DNA of 64,000 nt, from the NCBI GenBank assembly GCA_963823765.1, contig CAWGML010000002.1, positions 1,404,709 through 1,468,708 on the forward strand. Direction: 5' to 3'. This stretch comes from Candidatus Dormiibacterota bacterium. Lineage in GTDB: Bacteria; Chloroflexota; Dormibacteria; Aeolococcales; Aeolococcaceae. This document shows, piece after piece, positions 10,445 through 20,503 of the stretch (positions are counted from its first letter, which is position 1; each line of letters opens with the position of its first letter). The position numbers and the translations under genes are program-made. Under the pieces are notes generated by a model. The model ran no database searches, was not told the origin of the DNA, and worked only from the letters and a program-made list of their open reading frames with translations.

Positions 10445-11783
10445 TCATTGCGGACTGGTGGTCGCGTCTGCTGGGCGGCGGATCATCGTAGGCCAGACGT
10501 TGGTTCCCCTGTCGTCGATCCGCACCGCCAGCCGGGTGGCCACCTGTGCCTCGCCCGTGGCGTGGACCAGGAATTGTGCCGTCCACCTGAGCTCCTCGAG
10601 GTCGAATGAGAGAACGATGTGGTTCCACGAGTTCGGGCGACAGGTCGCGTCCGCGAACCTCACGGCGCACGATCACAGGATCCGCGCCTCCGGCGGCGGC
10701 CACCTCGAGGTTGGCGACCACCGCGTCGGTTGCAGCGGGCCCAGCGCCACGGCGAAGTGCGAACTCGACGTCGTAGTGGCCCGGTGCCAGCGGCATGTAG
10801 GGCCCGGCCATCAGCACGCCGCTGGTCCCCACCGGGGCTGTGGCGACGCGAACGCCGTCCTCCACGCGCACGACGCCAACGTCGGAATGGAGCCGGTTGG
10901 CGCGCTCCGGCCACGCGGACGAGAAGATGTCCGCGTGCCGCCGGCGCACGGCGTCGATGTCGGCCACTCGATCAGCGCGCCTGGCTTCGAGCCACCACAC
11001 GAAGCTATGGTCGGGATAACGCGCGGCCACCTGGACTCGGCGCAGGAGCTCCGTCGGGGACGCGCCGGCCTCATACGGGTCCAGCGGCAGGATGGCGCAC
11101 GAGTCGGGGTCGCGAGTCAGCCACACTCCACGGAGATCGACGACGTCGAAGCCGGCCAACTCCACCAGCTCGCCGGCTTCGGATGGCGTGAACTCGATGG
11201 TGTGTTCATTCATGCTCCAGCACAGCAGGCGTGCGATCTCGCGGTGCGGCGAGTTGATGACCAGGTGACCGCCGGGGTGGACCACACGCGCGCATTCGGC
11301 GAGGAAACCGACGACGTCGTCACCGAAGAGGTGCTCGATGTTCTGGCCCGAGAATAGGAGATCGACCGAGCCATCGGCGACCTGCGGCATGTGGGCAACA
11401 CTGGTGTCGATCCATTCCACTCCCGCGGGCAGGTCGTCAGGACGCGGCACGTAGCGTTCCACCCCGATGTGCCGAGCCACAGGCCCGTAGTGCTCGTCCA
11501 ACCAGTCGAAGTACCAGCGACCAGAGCATCCTGCGCTCAGCAGGACGCGGGCCCCCTTGGGCATCCGCGACAGCTCGACGGTCCGCTGGGCGTGGAGCAG
11601 GTCATGAAAGTTGTGAAAGAGCGGCGTCGGCGGCAGGGTCGCCGTCGGGATGCGGTCCGTGAGGTCACGGATGGGCGCGCTCAACCCCGCCACCACCCGC
11701 GCGCTGATCCCGTCGAGCAGGCGGCGCACCGGGTATCGGACAGCGGCGCGAAGCTGAGCGCCGGCGGGGCGCGCCTCAGGCAT
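10445..11783 (-). CDS. Class I SAM methyltransferase with C-terminal beta-sandwich; +1 frameshift at ~10632
   Basis: LLSAGCSG, SVDLLFSGQNIEH and RVVHPGG; C-terminal GPYMPLAPGHY. Joins ORF 10445..10663 after removing one base in GAGTTC (10629-10634). Confidence 0.7.
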
Positions 11784-12618
11784 CGGTGGCGCGCAGCCGG
11801 CCCACCGGCAGCTCAGCGCCGGCGGGTGCCGCGCCGGCGGTGGCGACGCGCCTCGAGTTGCGCCCGCGCAGCGACGCGAACCGCCGGCCACCGCGCTTGC
11901 GACCTACGGCCAGGACAGAGGTGCCGAACGGAAGGCTCACTCTCTCCACGATGCGAGCTTCGATCCGAAGGAACGAGGTGAAGAGCCAGTTGATGGCGCG
12001 CGGCAGGATGACGTACGAGCTGCCGGGGGTACGCCGGGACGACAGCCCGGTGAGCAGACGGAATGCAACCACCAGCGGGAACGAGAAGGTGATGACATAG
12101 GAGCGGCGGATCACGTCGAAGCCCGCGTCGTTCAGCCTTCGGTGCACCTGTGACGCTGTGTAGCGGCGGAAGTGATGCAGGCTTTCGTCGTGCTCGCTCC
12201 ACAGCCACTGGTACGCGGGCACGGTGAGCAGGGCTATCCCCCCGGGCTTGAGCACGCGGTTCCACTCGTCGAGCGTGGCGACCTCGTCCTTGATGTGCTC
12301 CAGCACGTCCGTGGCGACCACGATGTCGAACGAGCCATCCTCGAAGGGCAATCGGGAGCCCTCCACGTGCACGAGCCGCTCATAGCCCCGCCTGCGGCAG
12401 TAGTCGATGGCCACATGTGCGACATCGGCGTTGGTCACCTCGCCGTACTGTTCGAGGATGGTTATCATGCCCCCCGTCCCGCAGCCGATGTTGAGGATGC
12501 GCGGTTGGTCGGGCAGTGGCAGGGCGTGCAGTTGGTGGCCGATGATGCTTCTGCGGCCGACGTGCCACCAGTAGGTGTCCTCGACCTCGGCCATGCGATG
12601 GAATTCGACTTCGTTCAC
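11776..12618 (-). CDS. Class I SAM-dependent methyltransferase
   Basis: EDTYWWH, ILNIGCGTG, DVLEH, TVPAYQWLWSEHDESLHHFRRY. The GTG overlaps the upstream TGA. Confidence 0.85.
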   Translation of the reverse strand: MNEVEFHRMAEVEDTYWWHVGRRSIIGHQLHALPLPDQPRILNIGCGTGGMITILEQYGEVTNADVAHVAIDYCRRRGYERLVHVEGSRLPFEDGSFDIVVATDVLEHIKDEVATLDEWNRVLKPGGIALLTVPAYQWLWSEHDESLHHFRRYTASQVHRRLNDAGFDVIRRSYVITFSFPLVVAFRLLTGLSSRRTPGSSYVILPRAINWLFTSFLRIEARIVERVSLPFGTSVLAVGRKRGGRRFASLRGRNSRRVATAGAAPAGAELPVGRLRATDA

Positions 12619-13838
12619 GGTACCAGCGGGGCGGTCTGCCACGTGATGATGCCGACGAACACAACGGTCGCGAGCGCGCCCTGGAGCATGGCGAGGCTGC
12701 CGGCCATGCTGCTCTCGAACCTCTTGGGCACGTGGGCGGCGATCGCGGCGAACAGCGGGAAGGCGACCAGGCTGTACCGCGGGACGCTGACGGGCCAGTA
12801 GGGGCTGAGCGCGATCAGCGCGCTCCCGGCAGCGTAGATCAACCACTCGAGCGGGACCGTTCGGTGCTGCACCGCCAGCCGCGCCAGGAGGACGGCGCCC
12901 ACGAGAACGAACACCAGCGCGCCCGCGGCGACCACGTCGCCTGCGCTCGACCACGTCGATGGCTGGCTCACGAGATGCCAGAGCGACTTGAATGGCGTGG
13001 TGAACCAGACGAAACCACCGCCCCAGAGCTTCTCCGCTTTGAGGAATGCGAGCGGAGAACCCGTGCGTGCCAGCTGGTACCCACTCCATGCGAGGAAGCC
13101 GAGCGGTGCCAGGACGACAGCAGTGAGCGGACGCCACTCCCGACGGGAGATCGCAAAGCGCAGCCCGACCACGACACACGCCAGCACCAGGACAACCCCG
13201 CTCACACGGGTGATGCACGCGATGCTGGCGGCGATCCCGGCAAGCTCCCAGCGCCGCGCCCCGAGGAAGTAGATGCACAGTGCCGCGAACGTCAGGAACA
13301 TCCCCTCGGCATAGACCATGCTCAGGCTGAATGCGGCGGGGAAGAAACAGACCAGGACGACGGTGAAGCGGGCGACCTCACTGCCGAGCACCTGGCGAAC
13401 CGCGAGCCACACCGCGATCGCTGCGGTGGCACCGAAGATGAAAGCCGTCAGGATGCCGGCGTGCTCGTAGGACAGCCCGGTCACGCTGGCCACACCCTTG
13501 ACCACTGCGGGCAGCCCGGGGAAGAAAGCCCACCGATCTCCTCCGGCCGCCTCCCTGGCGACGTTCGACGGGTACCCGGATCGCGCGATCATCAGGTACC
13601 ACGACCCATCCCAGCCTGACAGCGCCTGTCCGATGGTCAATCGGCGCTGGTACCACGTCGCCACCAGCGCACTTCCCAGCACGGCCACGCGCGACAGCAG
13701 GTACACCAAGACCGGGGTCGCAATCGCCGGCATGCGCCAGGCAACGCGGGCGTGGTTCCGTTCAGGTGCCGCTGCCACCTGATGCTCTGCTTCGGCGACA
13801 GCCACAGCGGGGCGCGGCACGGTGGAGAGCTCGCTCAT
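12615..13838 (-). CDS. PIG-V-like (GT-C) mannosyltransferase family membrane protein
   Basis: WDGSWYLMIARSGY, AFFPGLP and SMVYAEG motifs, a C-terminal PRY, and multiple TM segments. Confidence 0.8.
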   Translation of the reverse strand: MSELSTVPRPAVAVAEAEHQVAAAPERNHARVAWRMPAIATPVLVYLLSRVAVLGSALVATWYQRRLTIGQALSGWDGSWYLMIARSGYPSNVAREAAGGDRWAFFPGLPAVVKGVASVTGLSYEHAGILTAFIFGATAAIAVWLAVRQVLGSEVARFTVVLVCFFPAAFSLSMVYAEGMFLTFAALCIYFLGARRWELAGIAASIACITRVSGVVLVLACVVVGLRFAISRREWRPLTAVVLAPLGFLAWSGYQLARTGSPLAFLKAEKLWGGGFVWFTTPFKSLWHLVSQPSTWSSAGDVVAAGALVFVLVGAVLLARLAVQHRTVPLEWLIYAAGSALIALSPYWPVSVPRYSLVAFPLFAAIAAHVPKRFESSMAGSLAMLQGALATVVFVGIITWQTAPLVP

Positions 13839-15322
13839 CAATCCTGCTGCAGTGGTGGGCGCACGGAGAATGCGTCCGCGGTCATCGTCTGGGGCGTCGT
13901 TGCGGACAGCCGTGGGCGCCGCCGTGTCACCAGAGTCGCGGCGACCTCGACAGCGACGATCAACGTGAGCACGGTTCCGCCGGCGACGATGGGATAGATG
14001 TAGCGATAGACCGCCGAGGGAAGCGCGAACACCATGACGCCCAAGTAGACTAACAGGGCAAGCGCGAGCAGGGCATTGACGCGATCCGCAGCTGACCGCC
14101 GACGACCGAACCAGGCGAGTGAGACGGTGAGAAGTATCGCGTACGCCCACGGCAACTCCAGCTGCACGGTGTCGGTGAACTCGGACACGTAGCTCATCGC
14201 CGCGTCGTGCGCGCTCGGGTTCGCCAAAGCCCAGGCATCGCCCGGCGGGGGTGGGCCGACCTCGTGCGGGTAGAAGGCCGGCGCGTCGATCGCAAGCAGG
14301 TGCAACGCGAATCTCAGCCGTGCGTGAAGATACGCGCCAGGGTGACGCTCGATGGCCTGGAGCCACGCGTGCTGCAGCGACGCGTAGCGTGCTCCCTGCA
14401 GCGGGAAGCCGACGATCAGTGGCGTCGTGCTGAACTCGATCGGATCGGCCGTGGTCGTGCTCGACCGCTGTCTGAGCGGCAGCAACGTTTGCGCGGGGTA
14501 CACGTCGGCCGGAAACAGCACCACAGCTTCGGCGCGCGACATGGCCGCCAGGTCGTAGATGTACGTGCCCTGCGCAGGGGAGGCCTGGCCGGTGTGGAGC
14601 ACCCCGCTGTCGAGGCCAGTGATGAGCGCGGCGACAACTCCTGTTGACACGACGGCACCGACGGTGCCGAGGAGGCCCAACCTCCACCGAGGCAATCGCC
14701 GTCCGCCCACGGCCGTGAGGCACACCCCCATCAGGATGAGGAAGCTCACCGGGACCGCCGTGAGGCGCGTGCACGCCACCAGGAACGCGGCCGCCACGGC
14801 GAGCGCCAGGTACACCACCCGGCCGCGACCGACCACGCTGGTGGCCCGGGCGAGACATCCGAAGCCGAAGATGGCCAGGGCGGCGAACCACGCGTCGACC
14901 CCCACCTGGACGTCCCATGCGAGGACGGGGGGGAAGACCATGCAGGCTGCCGCCCCGGCGATCGCCCACGGCCGTGACAGGCGGGTGCGCAGCAGCAGGT
15001 AAGCGCCGGTCAGCAGCGTGAGCAGGCTCCCGGCGAGGACCCAGCCCGGGCTGCGCAGGCCCATGAGGATCGCGATCCGCCAGATGGCCACCAGCACGGG
15101 GGCGTGCCAGCCGTCTATCTGGCCGGTGGCTGCCTGGTTGTATTCGTCGGTGGTGTCCGGATCGACGTTGCCCGGCCAGAAAACCAGGCAGACCACGACG
15201 GTGGCGAAGACGAGCGCCGCCGCGGCGAACAGGCTGGGAAGCGAGGCTCGCCAGGCCCGCGGTGGGCGAGCATGCGCTGCCGCTGGCACCCGTTCCTGAG
15301 GAGCCGCTTCGGTCGGGGCCAT
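13838..15322 (-). CDS. Polytopic membrane protein, probable GT-C glycosyltransferase
   Basis: N-terminal TM followed by the loop PG..DPDT..EY.QA.TG.IDGWH.P; about 10 TM segments; large external loop; C-terminal YRY. Confidence 0.55.
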   Translation of the reverse strand: MAPTEAAPQERVPAAAHARPPRAWRASLPSLFAAAALVFATVVVCLVFWPGNVDPDTTDEYNQAATGQIDGWHAPVLVAIWRIAILMGLRSPGWVLAGSLLTLLTGAYLLLRTRLSRPWAIAGAAACMVFPPVLAWDVQVGVDAWFAALAIFGFGCLARATSVVGRGRVVYLALAVAAAFLVACTRLTAVPVSFLILMGVCLTAVGGRRLPRWRLGLLGTVGAVVSTGVVAALITGLDSGVLHTGQASPAQGTYIYDLAAMSRAEAVVLFPADVYPAQTLLPLRQRSSTTTADPIEFSTTPLIVGFPLQGARYASLQHAWLQAIERHPGAYLHARLRFALHLLAIDAPAFYPHEVGPPPPGDAWALANPSAHDAAMSYVSEFTDTVQLELPWAYAILLTVSLAWFGRRRSAADRVNALLALALLVYLGVMVFALPSAVYRYIYPIVAGGTVLTLIVAVEVAATLVTRRRPRLSATTPQTMTADAFSVRPPLQQD

Positions 15323-15356
15323 CGCCCGATTCTAGGGGCGATAGCGCAGAGCGGCG

Positions 15357-17586
15357 TTAGGGGTTGGCGGAACTCCGAGAGCAGCGCAGCGGCTCCCGCA
15401 CCGGTGGTGACGTATCCACCGGCCGGCGTCCAGGGACCCGAGTTGGTCTCCTGCCAGAGGCCATGGTCAGCTCCCTCGACCACCACCGTCCAGTTCCCGG
15501 GAGCGACCGCCAGGCCCGGCCCGCCGATGACGCGTCCGCCGAGGGAGAAGGTGTTCCAGCCTGCGCCGCTGGACGTGGCCAGCCACACCGCCTGGTCAGT
15601 TCCCTGGCAGCCGAAGCCGGTCCACTGCCGCGTGTCTCCCATCGCCGCCGCCGCTGGCTGCCCGACACATGCCCACGGCATCTGGACCCAGGTCGGCGAG
15701 GCGAGGGTGCGGCTCCAGACGCGGCCGTCGAGATCGTTGACGAAGAAGGTCAGCTCGGTGTCGACGTTGTTGAACGGCGCCACAGCGGCGATCGCCGGCG
15801 CGTCGGTGAAATCCTCCCCCAGCGAGGTGAACCCCGGGAGGGAGGGCAGGCTGAGCGGGTCCGAGGCCGCCGGTCCTTTGGCGTACCAGAGCGCACCGTC
15901 AGCACCGCGGCATCCCACGACCAGCAGATACGTGCCCGGTGTCCCGGGGGTCTGGGCGACGGTGGTCGCTCCAGGGCCGCTCGTGCAGTAGACCGGTGAG
16001 GGTGTCAGCGGTTGCCAGGTCTTCGATTCACTGCTCACCCAGAGGTTGTGATCACTTCCTGTGGCGATGTAGAACGGTGTCGCCGGCGCCGATGACCGGG
16101 GTATGCCGGCGACCGCGGGCGTGCCGATGATCGACAGCCCCAGGCCGTGCCAGCTCTTCGCGAAGACGGGACGCGCCGCGGAGGTTCCACTCATCCCCCA
16201 CGCCGTGCCATCAGCGCCCGCGACAGCCACGCGCGCGTCTCCGCCGAGGGCCCCGACGGCGTGCTGCACGTTGAGCTTGGCGGCGACCTCGTCCCACAGT
16301 GCTCCCGCGTCGTATCCCAGGGCCCAGATGCCGACCCCGCGCAAGTGGAGGCTGTTGACCAGGTCGTACTTGGCTCCGAGTGACTGGGCGTTGTCGTAGA
16401 ACAGTTCGCGCCAGGAGTTGTGGTTGCCCCCGCAGGGGTCACCGCTGGCGGGGCTCCACCACGTCGCCCAGGGCTCCTGGTATGTCGTGTCGTAGTGCTG
16501 TGCGAGCTGCGGAGCGCAGCCGAGGTCGGCCACGACGCTGGCGTACGTGTCTGCCTGGGCCGACCCGTTGGCGCACCCGCCGTTGACGCCGGCGCCCTCG
16601 GCGGGCTGGGTGACGCACCACTTGTAGCCGTAGTAGGGGACGCCGAGGATCACCTGCTGGGCGGGCACCAGGCGCAGGAACTCGTTCATCGTCGTTGTGT
16701 CGCTGTACCGGTTGCCGTTCAGCGGAGCCACAGGTCCGGCGTTGGATGAGCCGGGGTAGGTGATGTCGTATGCCATCACGTCGAAGGCGTCGACATACGG
16801 GCTGAGGTGGGAGATGTCGAACATCGTTCCCCCCTCCGCGGCGCTCGCATACGTGTCGACAGTCAGGTAGGAGCTGGCCGGCACCCGGCTGCGGAGCGCG
16901 GCCCCCAGCTGGGCGACGAACGTGGTGAAATCGGACGGGTTCACCGTGGGCGTCGAACCCTCGAAGTCCACGTTGACGCCGTCGCCGCCGCGGCTGGCCA
17001 GCTGACCGACGACGTTGTTGATCGCGTTCTGGCGATTGGCCGCGGAGCCGACGAGCGCTTCGATCGACGCCGAGCTGAACACCTTGATGGTGAGCACAGC
17101 GCGGTCGCCTGCCCAATGCGCGGTGTTGATCAGCTGGGTGGTCTCGCCGCTCCACCACCCGGAGTAGCCGGCGTCATTGATGACGGTGCCGTTGGCAGCG
17201 AGGTTGATGCCGAAGTAGGCGACCGTGGTCAGGCGTTGGAACTGGATGTCCGTCCGCCAGGCGCCGCTGGTCACCTCGCCGTACTGGGCGAAGCCGAGCA
17301 CCTCCGTGGTGCCAACGTTGGCAGCGCCTGCCCGCGCGGCCCCGCGGAGGGCGCCCGCCTGGCGCGCGGGCAGCGGTACGCGCGGATGCAGGAGTGGGCC
17401 GGCGGGCGCCCCTCGTGGGATGGACTGGTTGGGAGGGCCGGTGGTGTCGTCGAACGCCTGGTGGGCACTCGGCCCGGGCTGCACCGGGGGGACTGACGCC
17501 GCGGCGTCGACGTGCGGGATCGCGCCCCCACCGCCCGCGAGGATCGCGACGGCCGGCAGCACCAAGGCCAAGGCTCGGCTCTTCAT
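15357..17586 (-). CDS. Secreted GH18 glycoside hydrolase with the shared C-terminal six-repeat domain; +1 frameshift at ~15371
   Basis: Signal peptide; DGVNVDFE, VMAYD, LGVPYYG and GVGIWALG. Removing one base in GAACTC (15370-15375) gives the end ...LLSESANP-TAA, matching the paralog end LLPSTANP. Confidence 0.85.
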
Positions 17587-17696
17587 CTCCGAGCCATGGT
17601 GCCCGGGTTGGAGCGAGCCGGTCTTGATGTCATGGGTGCGTCATCGGATCGCAACCGGCGTCCATGCCCGAGCCCGCGCGGTCCGGGGGCCGACAG

Positions 17697-18659
17697 CTAG
17701 GCCTGCGGGGTCGCGGACCCGGTACCGCCCCCGCTCCCATAGCCACCGGGCGGCTGCGAGGCACCGAGCGTCGACCAGGCCACCGCGCCGGACGGCGCGG
17801 CGACCGAGGGCGCCTTCCCCCAGGCGCTGAAGGTGTCCGTGCTGCTGCTGCCGCTCCCGCCGCTGCCCGTAAGGGTGGAGACGTACGAGATGGGCAGATG
17901 GGAGCCGGCTGCGATGTCGAGGTGGGCGGTGCCGGTCACTCCCAGCTGGGGGGGCGCCGTCCCCGAGATGCGCACCGTGCCGGCGGAGAGCGTCCTGCTC
18001 GAGACCGGGACCAACCCTGCCTCGCCCACCTGGTCGGTGACCGTGATCCCCGGGGCGACCACGCCGTAGGGGCCGTCGCCGCTCGAGACGGAGATCCACC
18101 TGCCGGCCAGGCCCGGAGCGGTTGCAGCCGGCACCCCCAGCTGGTCCTGCAACGCGGGCCCGTTGCCCTGGAAGTAGACGATGCCGCTCACCAGCACCAG
18201 GGAGAATCGCTCCGGGCCGTAGGTCGAGTCCATGGTGATGTCCTGGGTGCCGCCGTAGCGCCCGGCGTCGCCAACGATCGTCTGGTTGCCGATGCCGCCG
18301 CGCGAGACGCCGACATAGTGGAACCCGGCGGACGCGCTCGCCGCGGCGACGGCCTGCTCGTAGAGCGCCCTCGCCTGGGCCACCGCGGTGCTCGCCGGGC
18401 TCGGACCGATGGACTCCGTCGTCGGCGGGGCAGGCGCACTGCTCCGCGTCAGGAAACCGATGGGCACGCCCACCCCGACCCCGGCGATGAGCGCGCCCGC
18501 GGCCGCGGTCATGGCCAGCAGACGGCGGCTGCGCCGCGTGGCCGGCGTCGTGGCCGGGGAGGGAGGCGGGGGCGGTGGTGCGTACCCGGCGCCGGCCGGA
18601 GCGCCGGGTCCCTGCGCCCCGGGTGCAGGGTCGAAATGGTCGGAGCGAAGCTCGGTCAT
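17697..18659 (-). CDS. Membrane-anchored extracytoplasmic protein, possibly LppX/LolA-like fold
   Basis: Pro-rich N-terminus, RR followed by a single TM, then a beta-rich domain (GIVYFQG, GRWISV). Confidence 0.45.
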   Translation of the reverse strand: MTELRSDHFDPAPGAQGPGAPAGAGYAPPPPPPSPATTPATRRSRRLLAMTAAAGALIAGVGVGVPIGFLTRSSAPAPPTTESIGPSPASTAVAQARALYEQAVAAASASAGFHYVGVSRGGIGNQTIVGDAGRYGGTQDITMDSTYGPERFSLVLVSGIVYFQGNGPALQDQLGVPAATAPGLAGRWISVSSGDGPYGVVAPGITVTDQVGEAGLVPVSSRTLSAGTVRISGTAPPQLGVTGTAHLDIAAGSHLPISYVSTLTGSGGSGSSSTDTFSAWGKAPSVAAPSGAVAWSTLGASQPPGGYGSGGGTGSATPQA

Positions 18660-18706
18660 GGGCTCACTATCCTGCCGGGTCGATCCTTACCGTTCGCTTT
18701 CAACCC

Positions 18707-19660
18707 TCAGGGGGGCGGCACGGCGCCCGCGGCTGGCTCAGCCTGCGCCTGTGGGTGCCAGCGCATGTCCCGCGGCCGTGACACACCTGCCTCCACCAGG
18801 TGGTCACGCAGCCCGTCGAGTATGCGGACGGCGGCACAGGGATCCGCGAAGGTTGCGGTCCCCACCTGGATGGCGTCCGCGCCCGCCACCAGGAAATCGA
18901 TCGCGTCCCCGGTGTCGCTGATGCCACCGATGCCGATGACGGGAATCCTCACCACCTGTCGCACGGCGGCCACGGCGGCGAGCGCGAGGGGCTTGATGGC
19001 GGGCCCGCTGAGGCCACCCGTGCCGGCGCGGGGCAGCACAGGGCGACGCAGATGGCGATGGATCTTCATCCCCACGAAGGTGTTGACCGCAGACACGGCG
19101 TCGGCGCCGGCTGACTCGACCGCGGCGGCCACGGCGGCGATGTCGGTGACGTTGGGGCTCAGCTTCACGACCACGCATCGCCCGGTTACCTGGCGGACGG
19201 CGTCGGTGACCCGAGCCGCCGCCTGCGGGTCACGGCCGAGGTCAAGCCCGTGCGCGATGTTGGGGCACGAGATGTTGAGCTCGTAGCCGTCGATGCCCGG
19301 CGCGCGGTCGAGGATGCGCACGCATTCCACGTACTCCTCCACCGTGGCGCCGGCAACGTTGGCCACCACCGCGCATCGCCACCGCGCGAAGTGGGGCGCG
19401 TACTGGCGCGCCACGTGCTCGACACCGGGGTTCTGGAGGCCGATGCTGTTGAGCATCCCCCCCGTGGTCTCGGCAACACGCGGAGGCGCATTGCCTGCGC
19501 GCGCAAGCCTGGTGATGCCCTTGGTGTACAGAGCGCCGATCCGCTCGAGGTCGATGAGCTCGGCAAGCTCGAACCCGAAGCCGGCGGTCCCGCTCGCCAG
19601 CCCGACGGGGTTGGTGAGTCGCAAACCACGACCGAGGTCGACGCTGAGGTCCACGCTCAC
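18707..19660 (-). CDS. pyrD: Dihydroorotate dehydrogenase family 1B catalytic subunit
   Basis: NPVGLASGT, GNAPPR, NSIGLQNPG, ELNISCPN and GGLSGPAIKP; adjacent to pyrK. Confidence 0.95.
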   Translation of the reverse strand: MSVDLSVDLGRGLRLTNPVGLASGTAGFGFELAELIDLERIGALYTKGITRLARAGNAPPRVAETTGGMLNSIGLQNPGVEHVARQYAPHFARWRCAVVANVAGATVEEYVECVRILDRAPGIDGYELNISCPNIAHGLDLGRDPQAAARVTDAVRQVTGRCVVVKLSPNVTDIAAVAAAVESAGADAVSAVNTFVGMKIHRHLRRPVLPRAGTGGLSGPAIKPLALAAVAAVRQVVRIPVIGIGGISDTGDAIDFLVAGADAIQVGTATFADPCAAVRILDGLRDHLVEAGVSRPRDMRWHPQAQAEPAAGAVPPP

Positions 19661-20503
19661 GCGACATGCGCCGGGGGCAGCCGCATCAGCTCGTCCCAAT
19701 CCACCGAATCAATCGGCATCACGGGCCCGTCGCTGCAGCACAGCGCCCACCGCGGCTGTCCACCCCCGGCGTGCACGGGGAGCGCGCAGCCGAGGCACGT
19801 CCCGAAGCCGCATCCCATGGGAGCTTCCAGCGACACCTCGACGGTGTGCGGTCGGTCCGGGACACTGTCGAGCGTGTGCCACAGCGCCGCGAGCATGGGG
19901 TTCGGCCCGCACGCGTACACGGCGGTGGCAGCGTCGAGTGCATCGGCGAGCCCGGCTGTCACCAGCCCCCTGGTGCCGCGGCTGCCGTCCACCGTCAGCT
20001 CCATGACCGTCACGTCGGTGTCACCGCGCGCGAAGCGCTCGGGCGGGTAGAGCAGGCCCGCGCTCGCTGCGCCGCTCACCACGGTGACCTCCTGGCCCGT
20101 CCGTCGGAGGGCACGCACCAGCAGAGGAAACGGGGCGCACCCCAGGCCACCGGAGACGCACACCGACCGGGTCGCACCGGTCCGGACCGTGAACCCCGCT
20201 CCGAGCGGGCCCAGAACATTCAGCGAATCGGCCGGGCCGCAAGCCGGCAAGGAGGCGCGTGCCAACACCAACCGGGGCGAGCACGAACGCGGCGACATCA
20301 TCGTCCGTCCAGGCGACGCTGAACGGCCGCCGCAGCAGCGGGCTGAAGCCGTCGCCGCAGCGCAGCTGCGCGAACTGGCCGGGCTGTGCGGTGGCAGCCA
20401 GGTGGGGAAGGCGCGCACTGATCTCCACCATGCCTCCCCCGAGCACGTCGACGGAGACGACCTCGCCGCACTCGTCGCGCACCTCGCGCAGCGAGCTGTT
20501 CAT
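19657..20503 (-). CDS. pyrK: Dihydroorotate dehydrogenase electron transfer subunit; +1 frameshift at ~20230
   Basis: N-half PGQF and LRRPFS (ORF 20021..20503); C-half GPLG, GGLG, YACGP and MGCGFGTCLGC...LCC (ORF 19657..20418). Confidence 0.9.

Noticed and set aside
11776-14969. Long N-terminal extensions in the ORF track (e.g. 500 aa and 784 aa calls; also 28262-29452, 49584-51428, 58329-60287)
   Set aside because: They overlap neighbouring real genes; true starts are downstream at coupled or leaderless positions.
15115-15356. C-terminal extension of the GH18 ORF overlapping the next gene
   Set aside because: Artefact of the +1 insertion; the corrected end SANP-stop matches the paralogs.
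17664-19286. Long antisense or alternate-frame ORFs (also 29095-30711, 50387-52138, 60958-62925 and many others)
   Set aside because: Arg/Pro/Gly-rich shadows of motif-supported genes, as expected in GC-rich DNA.
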